Source: Octopus bimaculoides
Lineage: Eukaryota
Reading direction: 5' to 3'
DNA length: 47,248 bases
Assembly (NCBI RefSeq): GCF_001194135.2
Contig: NC_068982.1
Coordinates: forward strand, 153,281,077-153,328,324
Of this stretch, positions 23,660-35,786 are shown one piece after another. Position numbers and translations under genes: made by a program. The notes under the pieces are model-generated. The model was given only the letters and a program-made list of their open reading frames with translations. It did no database searches and was not told where the DNA came from. Positions within the stretch are counted from its first letter, which is position 1, and each line of letters begins with the position of its first letter.

Positions 23660-25185
23660 ATCTTTTTTCACTAGATTAGACAGAGGTGAAATGACTTATG
23701 TCTGTAAAAAGTTGACCTTGTATAAAACAGAACTTTGATCCTTCTGTCGGATTAAAACAATATCAGCTGGTTATCATTATCAAGCGAAACCCTTCGCCTG
23801 AGTAATGATTTGAATATCCTGCTCAAGCCTTTTATCAAGCACAAGAAATTATATAAGAGATTACTCACATGTAGTCGACCATCTTCCGAAAAACTTTAAC
23901 GAGAAAACATTAACAGTGTATTTTGATGCAGTGAATCTCTTTTCAAACATCCCAGACGACTTAGGTTTAGAGCGCATTAAATTCTGGTTGGATAAATATA
24001 CTCCCTCATCGAATGAAAATAGAATTTATGACAGAAGGACTAAAACTCATCCTGAAGAGTAATTACTTTGCGAATCTAGTAATGGGTTACCTAGAAATTA
24101 TGTTATACCAAATAACACTAGAAATATAAAGAAAATTTTTGTCCATCTACAAAAAAGAAACCTTGAAAACGTACCTCGACGATTCGTTCATTGTATGGAA
24201 TGATGGAATGAAGAAACTATAAGAATTTGAAGCATTTCTCAACGGAATTAGTGAAAATATGCAATTCACTATAGAATATAGTCATAAGCAACTTCCATTT
24301 TCAGACATCTTTATAAACAAAGTCAATATCTAAACACAGAACGATATTTATTATAAGCCTATGGACCCCAAACAATATCTTCCATTCAATTCATGTCATA
24401 TGAGACATAGAAGAATAATGTTCCTCATGTCCAAGCCAAAAGTATTTGTCCAATATTATCTGATACAAACACCTGTGACGTTAGACTCCATGAAATGAAG
24501 GATACACGCCTTGAGAGGAATGACTTATCATTCTTTATCGACAACGGAATTCAGTATCCAGTAAATTAAACAACCAAACTTAAGAAATGAATCGAAACTG
24601 AAGGTCCTTCCATACAACTCTATCGACGATGTCCAAAACAATGAGGTCTACAATATCATATTCCATTACAAAGGGTTACTGAAAAAGCAGGATGAACGTC
24701 ATTATAAAGAATAATAGACAACCCAATTCTATAAAAATACAAACACAGGCCAAAATCTACATACATTAAGAACAAAACCTAAAGTAACAAAATGAGGAAG
24801 ACTCAACTATGAAATATGATTTAATCTGGCAAAGGGATCTGAGATCCAATTTGAACATAGACAATTCTTTACACTAAAATGCGTAATTTCACCCTTGAAT
24901 CTGAAAATCTAATCTATTCTCAAGTTGTTGTTGGTGGTGGGGAGTATTACTTTGGGCAAACAAAATAACGCTTACGTTAACAAATGCCCCTGCCATAGAT
25001 GGCAAATTAGAATACGAGAATAGAGAAAAATAGGACATATAAGCACATCTGAGGAAACAAAGAAACCAACTTCACAATTTTTCTTCTATATATTTAGTGA
25101 TAATACAATTAAGCGCCAACGCGTTAACCGAGAAATGTCCACCATAATAGAATACCAACCGCCTCTTAATTTCAATGGCGGAAAA
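23660..25185 (+). mobile_element. Decayed Penelope-like element (RT plus GIY-YIG endonuclease)
   Basis: YFDAVNLFSNIPDDLGLERIKFWLDKY; EGLKLILKSNYF; LDDSFIVW; MQFTIEYSHKQLPFSDI; DIYYKPMDPKQYLPFNSCH; NLIY...GEYYFGQT. Many stops and frameshifts. Confidence 0.9.
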
Positions 25186-25339
25186 TTGAAGACAACAATA
25201 ACCACTACCAACATTACTGCAACCCTTACCGAGGTGACCACAACAACTATTGCTAGATTATATATGGCAAAATGCCATAAGACAACGCCACTATTACTAG
25301 CTAGATTAAGGAATATATTAAGCTACAAAGAATCCTTAC

Positions 25340-25449
25340 TGTTGTTGTTGTTGTTACTACTACTACTACTACTACTACTGCTGCTGCTGATGATGATGAT
25401 GATGTTGGTGCTGCTGCTGCAACTACAAGTACTGCTGCTGTTGTTGCTG

Positions 25450-25504
<55 letters not shown>

Positions 25505-25563
25505 GGACCCTCATCCACCAACAACATGTGCACCTGCTACCCCTCCCCTCAATNNNNNNNNNN

Positions 25564-25604
<41 letters not shown>
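25340..25604. repeat. Compound (TTG)/(CTA)/(CTG)/(ATG) trinucleotide tract
   Basis: Direct inspection; includes a 10-N gap with a duplicated flank. Confidence 0.93.
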
Positions 25605-25608
<4 letters not shown>

Positions 25609-25855
25609 GGACCCTCATCCACCAACAACATGTGCACCTGCTACCCCTCCCCTCAATACCCCTACCACCTTCTGCTACTCTCCCTCCTACCACCACTTGC
25701 CTGCTACCACGTTTATCAACCAGCTATCACAACCACTAGCAACGATCAGGACACGAAAAACAGCACCATATGATTTCTATAAGAAAAATATATGGACTTC
25801 AGGACATGATATTATGGAAGTCATATTTAATTCATTTCAATTTTTCTTTCTATTT
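25605..25855 (+). repeat. Right arm of the inverted repeat pair (partner 23222-23500)
   Basis: CCTCATCCACCAACAA..CTACCACCACTTG..CTATCACAACCACTAGCAACGATCAGGACACGAA..AAGAAAAATATATGGA. Confidence 0.85.
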
Positions 25856-25957
25856 TATTCCAGTTTGAAGAGGTCATCATAAACAACCTAAAACGCTATA
25901 TATTTTCTTTTTGTTTTCATGACATAGTTCTCTTGGCAATTTCGTTATCTTCGATTT

Positions 25958-25958
<1 letters not shown>

Positions 25959-25991
<33 letters not shown>

Positions 25992-26093
25992 AGTATCTCT
26001 GTCTGTCTGTCTGTCTGTCCGTCTGTCTGTCAGTCTGTCTGTCTGTCTATCTGTCTGTCTGACTGTCTGTCTGTCTGTATGTCTGCCTGTCTG

Positions 26094-26153
<60 letters not shown>

Positions 26154-26158
26154 GCTCT
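25959..26158. repeat. (TCTG)n-(TCTA)n tetranucleotide array
   Basis: Direct inspection. Confidence 0.96.
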
Positions 26159-26307
26159 CNNNNNNNNNNTCGTCATACGTGTGTCTATGTGTCTATGTGT
26201 GTGTGTGTGTGTTTAAATGTATATACATATTGATACATATATACATGCATGCATACATACATAATTACATATATACATAACTACTTTCATACATACGCAC
26301 ACATAGC

Positions 26308-27263
26308 CACTGTTTAGTAAAAACACTGGAGAAAAATCGGATCTCATTAGTTTGGCTGCAAGCATTTCAAAAATTAAAGTTTACCGAAAATTTTAAAATT
26401 TGGCACTATAATATACGTTCCCAAGCTAAATTGCTGGAGTTATTTCATCTTTTCCAGAAAAATGTTTTAAAAAAGTTATAAAAATTTGATCATTTTCACC
26501 CAGTCAGAAAACAGGGTTTGGAAACTGTCATTTTGTGCGTGACTGCGCATTTTGTCATCAACATCCTGAATATAGAACGTGTTGTCAATATTTGCAAACA
26601 TCACGTGTTATGTCTCCGGTAATTTTCTTTCATGTAAATAAATGTTTATGTTAATTTAAAAGATTTATCAAAAAAATCTTCTTTAGCTGTTATTTTTAGC
26701 TCACCTCACAACCGACTCAATGTTCAATGATAAGAAGAAACGAGTAAACAATCATTTAAGCATTCAGCCTCTTCTTACGTAGTTTTCTTTTGGGTATAAC
26801 ACCCTTTTCGGGAAGGTAGAACATAGTATCCTCCTCTGTTTTCAAATTTTTCCATAATAGAAGCGAAGTTAATCCCACAGAACATAGAACATAGCGTCAA
26901 GTTTGTCAATACGGCTTCCTCGCAGATAAAAGACTTTTCAAAGACTGCTGTCAACACGTGCTTCCTCGCAGACAAAATACTTTTCAAGGACTGTTACTAT
27001 AGCAACAGTTCTCTTGTTCCGCTTCTTACTACCGAAATAGGCATCAATGTGTCTGAGACTTACGATTGGCTAAAATTACCAGAATTTTCAAACTTTAATT
27101 ACTAATAACTCTTCATTTATTGATTTATAACGAAAGTTATTTTCACGTCATCAATTAGCCTCTAAAAGTGTATCATTACGCTGAATATGAAATCAATTCG
27201 AACAGAATTGATGCTGGCAGCCAAACCGACACGATCTGAAAAATCCTATGCAAACTTAGACTG
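26308..27263. mobile_element. Possible non-autonomous DNA transposon with imperfect subterminal inverted repeats
   Basis: TCGGATCTCATTAGTTTTGGCTGCAAGCAT (about 26340-26369) vs reverse complement of about 27206-27240, TCAGATCGTGTCGGTTTGGCTGCCAGCAT. No transposase motif; ends uncertain. Confidence 0.4.
26904..26994. repeat. 45/46-bp tandem duplication, 2 copies
   Basis: TGTCAATACGGCTTCCTCGCAGATAAAAGACTTTTCAAAGACTGC followed by TGTCAACACGTGCTTCCTCGCAGACAAAATACTTTTCAAGGACTGT. Confidence 0.9.
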
Positions 27264-27811
27264 GAATAGTTTACTGTACCGACCTAGATAAACTATTAAT
27301 GAGTGTATTCATGCGAGTTTTAATGTATCAGCTTTTGTTGTTGGGTGTCTGTTTTAGAATAGTTACGAAGTCTGAGATTTAATAGGAACGAATATAAAGA
27401 AGGTCAAAATCGTACTGGCAGATTTTGAGAGGAAGTTGTTGATACGAATCTGATCAGACAGTTGTAAAACTCTGAATGCATCATTAACAAGCTGGTAGTC
27501 TACATCAAATGTAAATCATAAATAATTCGTTAGTATATATACATGTATGATTTTATATATATATATATATATATATATGTATNNNNNNNNNNNNNNNNNN
27601 NNNNNNNNNNNNNNNNNNNNNNNNNNNNNNNNNNNNNNNNNNNNNNNNNNNNNNNNNNNNNNNNNNNNNNNNNNNNNNNNNNNNNNNNNNNNNNNNNNNN
27701 NNNNNNNNNNNNNNNNNNNNNNNNNNNNNNNNNNNNNNNNNNNNNNNNNNNNNNNNNNNNNNNNNNNNNNNNNNNNNNNNNNNNNNNNNNNNNNNNNNNN
27801 NNNNNNNNNNN

Positions 27812-28001
27812 NCCTCGTGGGCATGGGTGCCGATTTTTCTTCCTCCGTTTTTCCATTCTGTGAACTTTCCTTGTTTCCGACGAAGGGCGCCGCCCGAAAC
27901 GTCATGCTCTCTCTCTTTCCTTTCCCGAGCGTCTAATAACACTATCCGTATCACGTCCTCACGTTGCTGTTTTTTGTTATTGTTTTTTTTGTCTTTTTTT
28001 T

Positions 28002-28005
<4 letters not shown>
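27812..28005 (+). mobile_element. pLTR-like module with hammerhead motif, ending at (TA)n
   Basis: Hammerhead-like core, then TTCCCGAGC (shared with the 33435 and 47011 modules), a T-rich tract and (TA)n. The 5' side is lost in a gap. Confidence 0.55.
27873..27907 (+). ncRNA. Minimal hammerhead-like ribozyme (U4C, extra A after the core)
   Basis: CCGACGA (27877-27883); A; stem II GGGC/GCCC (27885-27888/27892-27895); GAAA; palindrome ACGT (27899-27902); GUC triplet; imperfect stem I GTTT/ATGC. Confidence 0.55.
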
Positions 28006-28044
<39 letters not shown>

Positions 28045-29100
28045 CTTTAAATGCATACATAAACCATCCATTTAATTCGTTTCTGACTTAGAACACACAC
28101 AAAAAAAATGCATCTATTTTGAATATCAAATAAAAGGAGAATATAATGGAATTGAGTTAGGTCTAAGTAAGATATTTTAGTAAATATTCTAAAAAAGAGG
28201 TAAGAGTTCAGTATTTTAAGTGCGAACGTTCGTTATCAGCAATTAATGTTCAGATAACTCTCACCCTCAGTTTCTATACGTCAAATGCACCAGTTGGGGA
28301 CTGTTTTATGAACTTGCCTCTTTCAGAATGTAAATATAGTCATAGCTCCTCGTCGCAACAACATCAATATTTTATCATATCGATAGGATATATATATATA
28401 TATGGTGGAGTACGTTCCTGCGTGTGCAAGTGTGTGTATATATATGCGTGTGTATGTATGTGTGTGTGTTTGTGTATGTATGTGTGTGTGTGTGTGTATG
28501 TGTGTGTGTGTGGATTGAGGACACACACACACACACAGACAGGGTATTTTATGCGTTTATTGCTGTTAAGACATCAGGGGCGCCAAACGTTATGTCCGAT
28601 ATAGTATGTTGAGGAATAACATCACTGATGCAGTCCAGATAGGCCATATCAAGATTGCTGAAAACAGAAGGATCTTTGCGCTTTTAGTCATTGTTTACAA
28701 TTATCTTTTAAAAATATTTCTAAGGTATCATATCGATGCAATTTTTGATACTGAATACGGATTTGTTATTCATTTATTCCTGAAAAGTTTTGCAAAAATA
28801 TTACAGGTGTTCAAAGCCAATCAGAAAACAGCGCGTTCGCTGCCTCTTCCATCATGAAGGGTGTAGAGGAGCATCGTCATATCAAAACATTGCTAGAAAT
28901 AACAGTCAAAACATTAAAATATACACGAATGAAGTTAACATTAAAACATTCGCGAGCAAATTAAATACTTAAAAGCTACGAACAAACAAGCCAATAAGAG
29001 TTGCGAGAAATAAAAGTCAAAATATTGTTTAAAGCAGACATTTATTAGTTTAAAAAAACAAACCAAGAACATAAGTTTGCAATATACAATTTTATAAAAT

Positions 29101-29600
29101 AAACTAGCTGACCCCGCGCTGTCAAAAATGATGGCTAATTGTAGTATTTTATATATAAATATGGATAGTAAATCAAATTAATACACTTGTCAATGTTATC
29201 TAGAGGTTGTCTTTTCAGAGGTGACATCGATCATCGTTTGTTACTGAAAGAACGCTGGTTCACATATATAATCACTGACTTACTTCCCTTGTACACGCAC
29301 GCAAATACACACATATACTCACACAGAATTGAAACGCTCAACTACCAGTTTACTTTCTTATTCATCTATCATCCCTTCCTTTCTCATTCATATGTTGTGA
29401 CGGAGAAAAACAAAAAGTATAATTATAGTAAAAGATTATCTTTCTCGTATCTCTTTCACCCATCGTGCACATGAGCAGCATCATTGGTTACTATGGAAAC
29501 AGAGTTTTTCGTCACGGTGATGTGTAAAACCCTCACTTCTCATTGGCTAAAATGATTTGTATACAAGACATAATCCATATACCAAATTTAAAAACAACTG
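29101..29600 (+). mobile_element. Possible Helentron/Helitron-type non-autonomous element
   Basis: Starts AAACTAGCTGACCCCGCGC and ends near ATACCAAATTT, both reminiscent of Helentron-associated repeats. Single copy, no coding motif. Confidence 0.3.
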
Positions 29601-29634
29601 GAACAAAATTGTAAACAGTGACAAAAACCACAAA

Positions 29635-30100
29635 GATCCAAGAGCAGTACTGTTTCTGCAGTATCTCACTCATGGTTTTCGCATAATCTTGAAGAGTGCC
29701 ATTTTCATCAATTGAGGGTCAAGAGTGGAGACAGGAACCTTGTCTTTTTCTGACAGTGTCTATAAAGATCTGCCAAAGTATTTTGATACTGGAAGAGGTG
29801 TGTGCAAGATCAGTCAACATCAGTCGTTCATGATTGCATCCCAGTGGGCATCTTAGAAATCCATTATATAAAATGGGTGAGTTGGAGAGAGGTCACTAGG
29901 GTTATCATTCGGCTGATTGAATCTTAGGTTACAGAGAATCATGTGATGGTCTGAAAGAAGGGTTTTTTCTCTATAATATTGTGTATAGTGTGAGTGTGAT
30001 TACTAGGCACAAAGTCTAAAATGCTCTGATATCTTGTTGGTACAAGGACAAGTTGGGACAGCACGCATATTGTGTAAAGTACTGCCTGTCTGAGGTCCTT
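29635..30100 (-). mobile_element. CR1/L2-group LINE, APE endonuclease end and linker fragment
   Basis: Minus strand LVPTRYQSILDFV..LSDHHMILCN, then ..HWDAI.. and ..DENGTLQDYAKTMSEILQKQYCS, typical of the segment upstream of the RT. Confidence 0.7.
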
Positions 30101-30207
30101 GCTGTGACTTGATAAACAATACAAACCACCGGTAGACGCAATGTCTCCAATCAACAACTTCACGATATTGTATACTGTGCGACGTCTATAGTAATAACAA
30201 TAATGAT

Positions 30208-31015
30208 AGGGCTAAGAATAAGTGATCTGAAAGGATGCCCTGAGGCACTGATATGCAGCTCCCAGAAACGAGCTCTGAGAAATAATTACACCAAGTTTCA
30301 AATAGATAGAAATAGCGAATGTGTGGTAGCAGAAAAGAAACAATCTCACATATTGTGAGTGAATGTAGCAAGCTGGTCCAGAAGCACTGCAAATGGAGGC
30401 ACAATAACGTGGCTAAGTTCGTTCACTGGAGGCTATGTGAAAGTACGGCCTGAACAGAACACGGAAATATTACGAACATGAACCAGAAGGAGTCACCAAG
30501 AACAAAGATCATAAGATACTGTGGGATTTTATAATCCAATGTGACTCGCTAATCGTGACTCAGATGTTGTTGTGGTAGATAAATGAAGAAAAGAAACTAG
30601 AATCATAGATATTGCAATACCTGGAGATGCACGCATAAGTGACAAAGAACTAGAAGAGATTGAAAAGTACAGACTACTAAAAGACGAAATTGCAAGAATG
30701 TGAACTATGAGGGGAGTGTCTGTCATTCCAGTAATTGTAGGAGCACTCGGAACACTAGCAACCGAGTACCAGAATTTGTCAAAGAAATCAGAATTGACAT
30801 GAGAGCGGAGCATGCCCCAAACAACTGCTCTGTTGGGGACAGCTAGGATTTTGAGATTGGTACTTGGATGTTGAATGTCGCCAACGATAATTAGCAACCA
30901 AATATCAAAGCTTATGATGTGCGGAAACAGACCCTGGGAGACTTCTGACAGCAGGCTGCTGTCCGCTCTCATAGAATTTACCAGAACAAACAAGACCGGG
31001 CCTTCTGAAAAGTAA
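30208..31015 (+). mobile_element. R4/Dong-type non-LTR retrotransposon 3' end
   Basis: RMCGSRKETISHIVSECSKLVQ..RHNNVAKFVHW; KILWDFIIQCD; RIIDIAIPGDARISDKELEEIEKYRLLKDEIARM; VIPVIVGALG; ALLGTARILRLVL*. Then a 3' UTR and an AAT/AAC tail; AAT-like repeats also lie at the 5' junction. Confidence 0.93.
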
Positions 31016-33362
31016 AACAATAATAAAAATAATACCAACAACAACAACAACGACGACGACGACGACGATGATGATGATGATGATAAGAGACTGAATATTG
31101 TTTGTATAGTGTATGTCAGTAAAGTGTACTGCGAGATAATAGGTGCAAACTCAATGAAGATCTAATTAAGCAATAAAGTTCACACTTATTTTTGTTGTGC
31201 TACTTTGGTCTTTCTCCTTAAAAGGCATGGAAGCAACTCTCGATAATATTGTACTAAATTTCTTTAACACTCTCGTCTCATCTTTTTAGGCAGTATCCCT
31301 ATGGAGAAGTTATGCTTCAATTTTCTCACAAGCCCTCTGTTTTTTTTTTTATTTATGCGTAAATAACTGATTCATAACAAGGCTAAAATCCCTTTGTTCT
31401 TCATATTACAATGCATATTCTCTTCCATAACTTTATCGAACGAAATTTTATTTTTAAATTTATTTCCTCTACGAAATTTTGAATGATAAATTTGTACAAC
31501 GAACATTGAACACTGCTGTCACTGTCAAACTATCTGACTTTCAAAATTGAAAAAGAAATAAGTACAGAAAAAATTCAATATTTTAACGAAAAAATCTATA
31601 AGGTTGAAGCGCATATGCACTTGGAAAGTTATTGTATAAATATCATTGCATGATTATCTTGAAATTTCATTCTTTGAAATTCTGTAAAGAAAATAAATTT
31701 AAAAAGAGAAAAGAAATTTTATTCTCTTCAAGAAAATAATAAAAGTAAATAATGAACAAGCATATTATGTAGATTGATATACAAAGAGATATGTAGAAAG
31801 TATCTGAACTAAATATTTGAGTGCCAATCCATCGGATCTTTTAATATGTGTCATCTTAAGAACGTTTGTATTGTTTCAATTTAGGAATGAATATAACATA
31901 CTCGAATCGCCATTCATGTTATTCGACTCCATTTGCAATCTCGACTGTCATTTTAGATTTCGAATACTCACTAGCCGACGCATTTCTGACACTATTCATC
32001 ATCAAAGTTGAAATAGAAAATTCAATAAGAACAAAACATCGCATAATATTTACAAAACCACTTCATGGCGCAATAGCATGTAACATCCAGGAAGTGGTAA
32101 GCTATTAAAATTGCAGCATTGTCATATTTTCAATAATATACACTTACAATTTCAGTGCAGATCAAAGACAAAAGATGGAGTTGTTTGTGAATTACAAAAC
32201 TACAGCATGTTGAATAATACATTTTGCTGTAGATAATATTTTCCGATTTTTACTAACAAAGAAACACTCAAACACAATCTCTCTCGCTCTCCCGCTCCCC
32301 TCCTTTGTCCATCTCCCTCCCCCTCTCTCTTTGCCCCCTTTCTGTCTGTCTGTCTGTCTGTCTGTCTCTCCCTCTCTCCTCACCCCCTCTCTGTCTGTCT
32401 GTCTGTCTCACTCTCTCTCTCCCTGTATACAAACACACACACACATATATATGTTTAGCAAAAGTTAGCAGATGACTGAAGTTTTACTTTCCTGTCTGTC
32501 TCAGCAAAACTATATGCGAGTGTATGTCTTTGTGTGTGAATGCATGTATGAGTGTGTGTGTGCGCTCCAGAAAGTTTACGTGTATGAGTATGCGCTCGAG
32601 TACACGTGTGTACATGTGCGTGCGCACAGACATCTGTTTATAACATTTTGTATATGCGATGTGTATGAGTTCATGTATATATGCTTTTATAAACATTTCC
32701 ACGAAATACACCCTGAATGCAACGTTAAGCAATTATCTAAGAACATTCAATAAAATAGGTTAAGCCTGCTTTATATATAATGTTCTGTAGTTCATCCGAA
32801 TTTAAGAAAACATCAATTCAATAAACATATAAATTGAAGTAAACATATAGAATTCAAGGGTACAATTAATTTTATGGCAATATATTGCATTTAGAATGAA
32901 GAAAATACAAGCCTTAAACTGCTAAGAAATTAATGAGGAAATCAGATGTGCCACGGTTATATGCTATAAACCACGAGGTGTTATTAGGTTGAAACTTCAT
33001 GTATTTCAAATCTCATAAATTTATAAATAGTATAGAATAGAATAAAAACTGCATATATACACACATACATACGTACATACACACATACACACACACACAA
33101 ACATATAAATATATATATANNNNNNNNNNNNNNNNNNNNNNNNNNNNNNNNNNNNNNNNNNNNNNNNNNNNNNNNNNNNNNNNNNNNNNNNNNNNNNNNN
33201 NNNNNNNNNNNNNNNNNNNNNNNNNNNNNNNNNNNNNNNNNNNNNNNNNNNNNNNNNNNNNNNNNNNNNNNNNNNNNNNNNNNNNNNNNNNNNNNNNNNN
33301 NNNNNNNNNNNNNNNNNNNNNNNNNNNNNNNNNNNNNNNNNNNNNNNNNNNNNNNNNNNNNN

Positions 33363-33434
<72 letters not shown>

Positions 33435-33435
<1 letters not shown>

Positions 33436-33536
33436 TATAGTTGAAATTTACAGTAAAAGAAAAGACGATGACAGGAGTATAAACAACAAGCAGGTGTATT
33501 TGTTTGACGCTCGGGAAGGTGAGAAAGTCTTTTACG
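33435..33536 (-). mobile_element. pLTR-like module fragment (same family as 47011-47124)
   Basis: AAAGACGATGACAGG..AAACAACAA.CAG.TGTATT.GTTT.ACGCTCGGGAAG.TGAGAAAGTCTTTTACG is shared with 47041-47115; adjacent to (TA)n. Confidence 0.8.
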
Positions 33537-33564
33537 AAATAAACAGAGAGAGAATAGAAAAAAC

Positions 33565-34040
33565 CTGTGGATCTGACAGACCGAGCATGCGATGCCAAAC
33601 GGGTCCTATAGGTTGAAGCTTGACCATTGAACAGGTGCCGCAGTGCATTGCAGCGATCTAGCCTCTGAAAACGGATCCGAAACCACCTTTCAGGCGGCTT
33701 CCAAGTAACAAAAGTTGACCCTATCGAATCATTTTGATTTATCCAAATTGATCAGAGCAGCCCCAAATCCAGCTGAGGTCCCAGTCCGCTCTATGATGCA
33801 TGGCATAAGGTGAGGTTGTTGTGGATTGACCTGCTCAGGACTGCGCATGTTTGCGCTTCTCCGACCAGGCTACCGACGACAATCATCAGCCTTTTCGCTT
33901 ACACCATGGCTAAGATATTGAACTCTGTGTTTAGTAGAGTTATGTGCCGAAAATTTTCTAGTTCAGCGCCATTGAAGGCGTCGTTCCTCAGCAGTGTCAC
34001 CACACCTCTACTAACAGCAGGAATAATTCCTAGCGCTGTT
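33565..34040 (-). mobile_element. Tx1/L1-clade LINE RT fragment
   Basis: Minus strand RGVVTLLR..ENFRHITLLNTEFNILAMV*AKRLMIVVGSLVGEAQTC..RSIHNNL; GAALINLDKSK*FDRV; GFGSVFRG; PFGIACSVCQ. Confidence 0.88.
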
Positions 34041-34510
34041 AATAATAATAATAATAGTAATAATAACAACAACAATAACAAAAGAAATGATAATAGCCAA
34101 AAGAAGAATAGCAACAATAAGTATAACAATAGAAGTAATGATACCTATTATAGTAATAATAATATTCAAATTAATATTAGTGGCAGAGGTAATGAATATG
34201 TAAAGTATACTGGAATCAATACTAATAATAGCACAACTCGTAAAAAGCAAAATGGTAAAAAAGAGAATAATAAAAAGAACAATACTACGGATGATGACAA
34301 TAGTAACGTAAGTAGTAATGAAAAGTGTGGGATAGAATTGATAATAGTGATGAGCATATGAATAACACTAAGCATTATAGCAACGGTCATAAATTTAAAC
34401 GTAGGAGTAACAACAACCAGTACAACAACAATATCTGCTGCAACAACATCTATAACAACAGCTACAACAACAATAAGAACAACAGCAATTATAATAATAA
34501 TAGTTGTAAT
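34040..34510. repeat. AAT/AAC-rich degenerate trinucleotide low-complexity region
   Basis: Direct inspection; produces the Asn-rich ORFs in the track. Confidence 0.85.
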
Positions 34511-34594
34511 TGTAAAGACCCTAATATATGTCCCGTAGATTAACATTTCTCAAGGAAATATCTGGTTTCTAGATTCTCAGTTGCTACACAATAT

Positions 34595-34900
34595 ATTAAT
34601 ACAAAAGCTGTTGTGCAACAATTTTCATGTCTTGATATAATAACCACGCTTCATGATTTAGACACAGAAATAAGGAAAGATCAACCTCATTAAGCAAGCC
34701 AATTGGAAGCTTAAAATAACAAGATTAAGTATAATACTAAGTGATCAAGTTTGAACAGTGCACCTCCTTACGACGTAGGAAAAACTAGATGTGAACTTTG
34801 CCTAGAAGGGTTAATTGTTAATACTTACGCCAGAGTATGTCAGTCTGATAAGAGATAGTTATTTGCTGTAAGATTAAACATTTTCGCAACAAAGCTTTTC
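34595..34900 (+). mobile_element. Penelope-like GIY-YIG C-terminal fragment
   Basis: YNNHAS*FRHRNKERSTSLSK(fs)WKLK..APPYDVGKTRCELCLE matches the PLE endonuclease tail pattern RYNNH..SFR..ST.LSK..W.LK..PY...C.LCL.EK. Confidence 0.8.
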
Positions 34901-35688
34901 GATGTTTCGGTCGATAATTAATCACGTAAACAAATTGATATGATAAACTGCATTCCTTCCTAGACTATAGTTTAGACATTTAAACATAATGCATATTTAA
35001 ATTAAATGGTAATAGTCAATTTTCCTAATTGTTTGAATTACAGAAGATTCCTTTTCTTTGTCCCTTATCACTATTTATTTGATCAGAAGATTTCCCATTC
35101 ATTTTTTTTTTAATTTTTATTTTCGTATATCTATTCCATTACTTTACTCATTTTATTTTCCTTCTTAGTTTTTTTCTTTTGCTACTTTTGCTTTGGTTTG
35201 GTTTTATTCGATTTTGTGTTGGGTTTATCTTGTAATTTACTCAGCTACCATATTTAAGAATGATATAATTGGCGTTACTATTGCTGTTGTAGCAATGACA
35301 TTTGGTCCTATAATTTACACTGCCTTTTGGCTTGAATATTTGCAAATACTTATCACTCACACACCTTCCAAAAATATGGAAGTAAACTCCCCAAAACTAC
35401 CACTAACTTAACATAGTTTCCAAAACGCTAAAAGTCTGTCACAGACCATAATGAGACTGAGGCGTATCAAATTTCTTTACTGGATGTCAATACTATCCAC
35501 CCGGGATAAAAGAGAATAATACCTATTCAGGTTCTGACGAAAATATCATTGCGTTGGTCGGTCCCTATATTTTCAGTCGATCAGTCGGTCCATTGATGAA
35601 ATTGAAAATATGAATGCCCAGAAATGCATATCTGAAAATCCTGTAAGACTATAATAAATAAATATATATACCACATTATTTCTATATC

Positions 35689-35692
<4 letters not shown>

Positions 35693-35782
<90 letters not shown>
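35693..35782. repeat. (CT)n-(TA)n compound microsatellite
   Basis: Direct inspection. Confidence 0.97.

Positions 35783-35786
<4 letters not shown>

Noticed and set aside
25470-25657. Duplicated GGACCCTCATCC...CCCTCAAT segment
   Set aside because: Identical copies flank a 10-N gap; probably an assembly artefact.
35193-35411. Hydrophobic 72-aa ORF resembling a transmembrane segment
   Set aside because: Starts at TTG in T-rich sequence, where hydrophobic translation is expected; no family motif.
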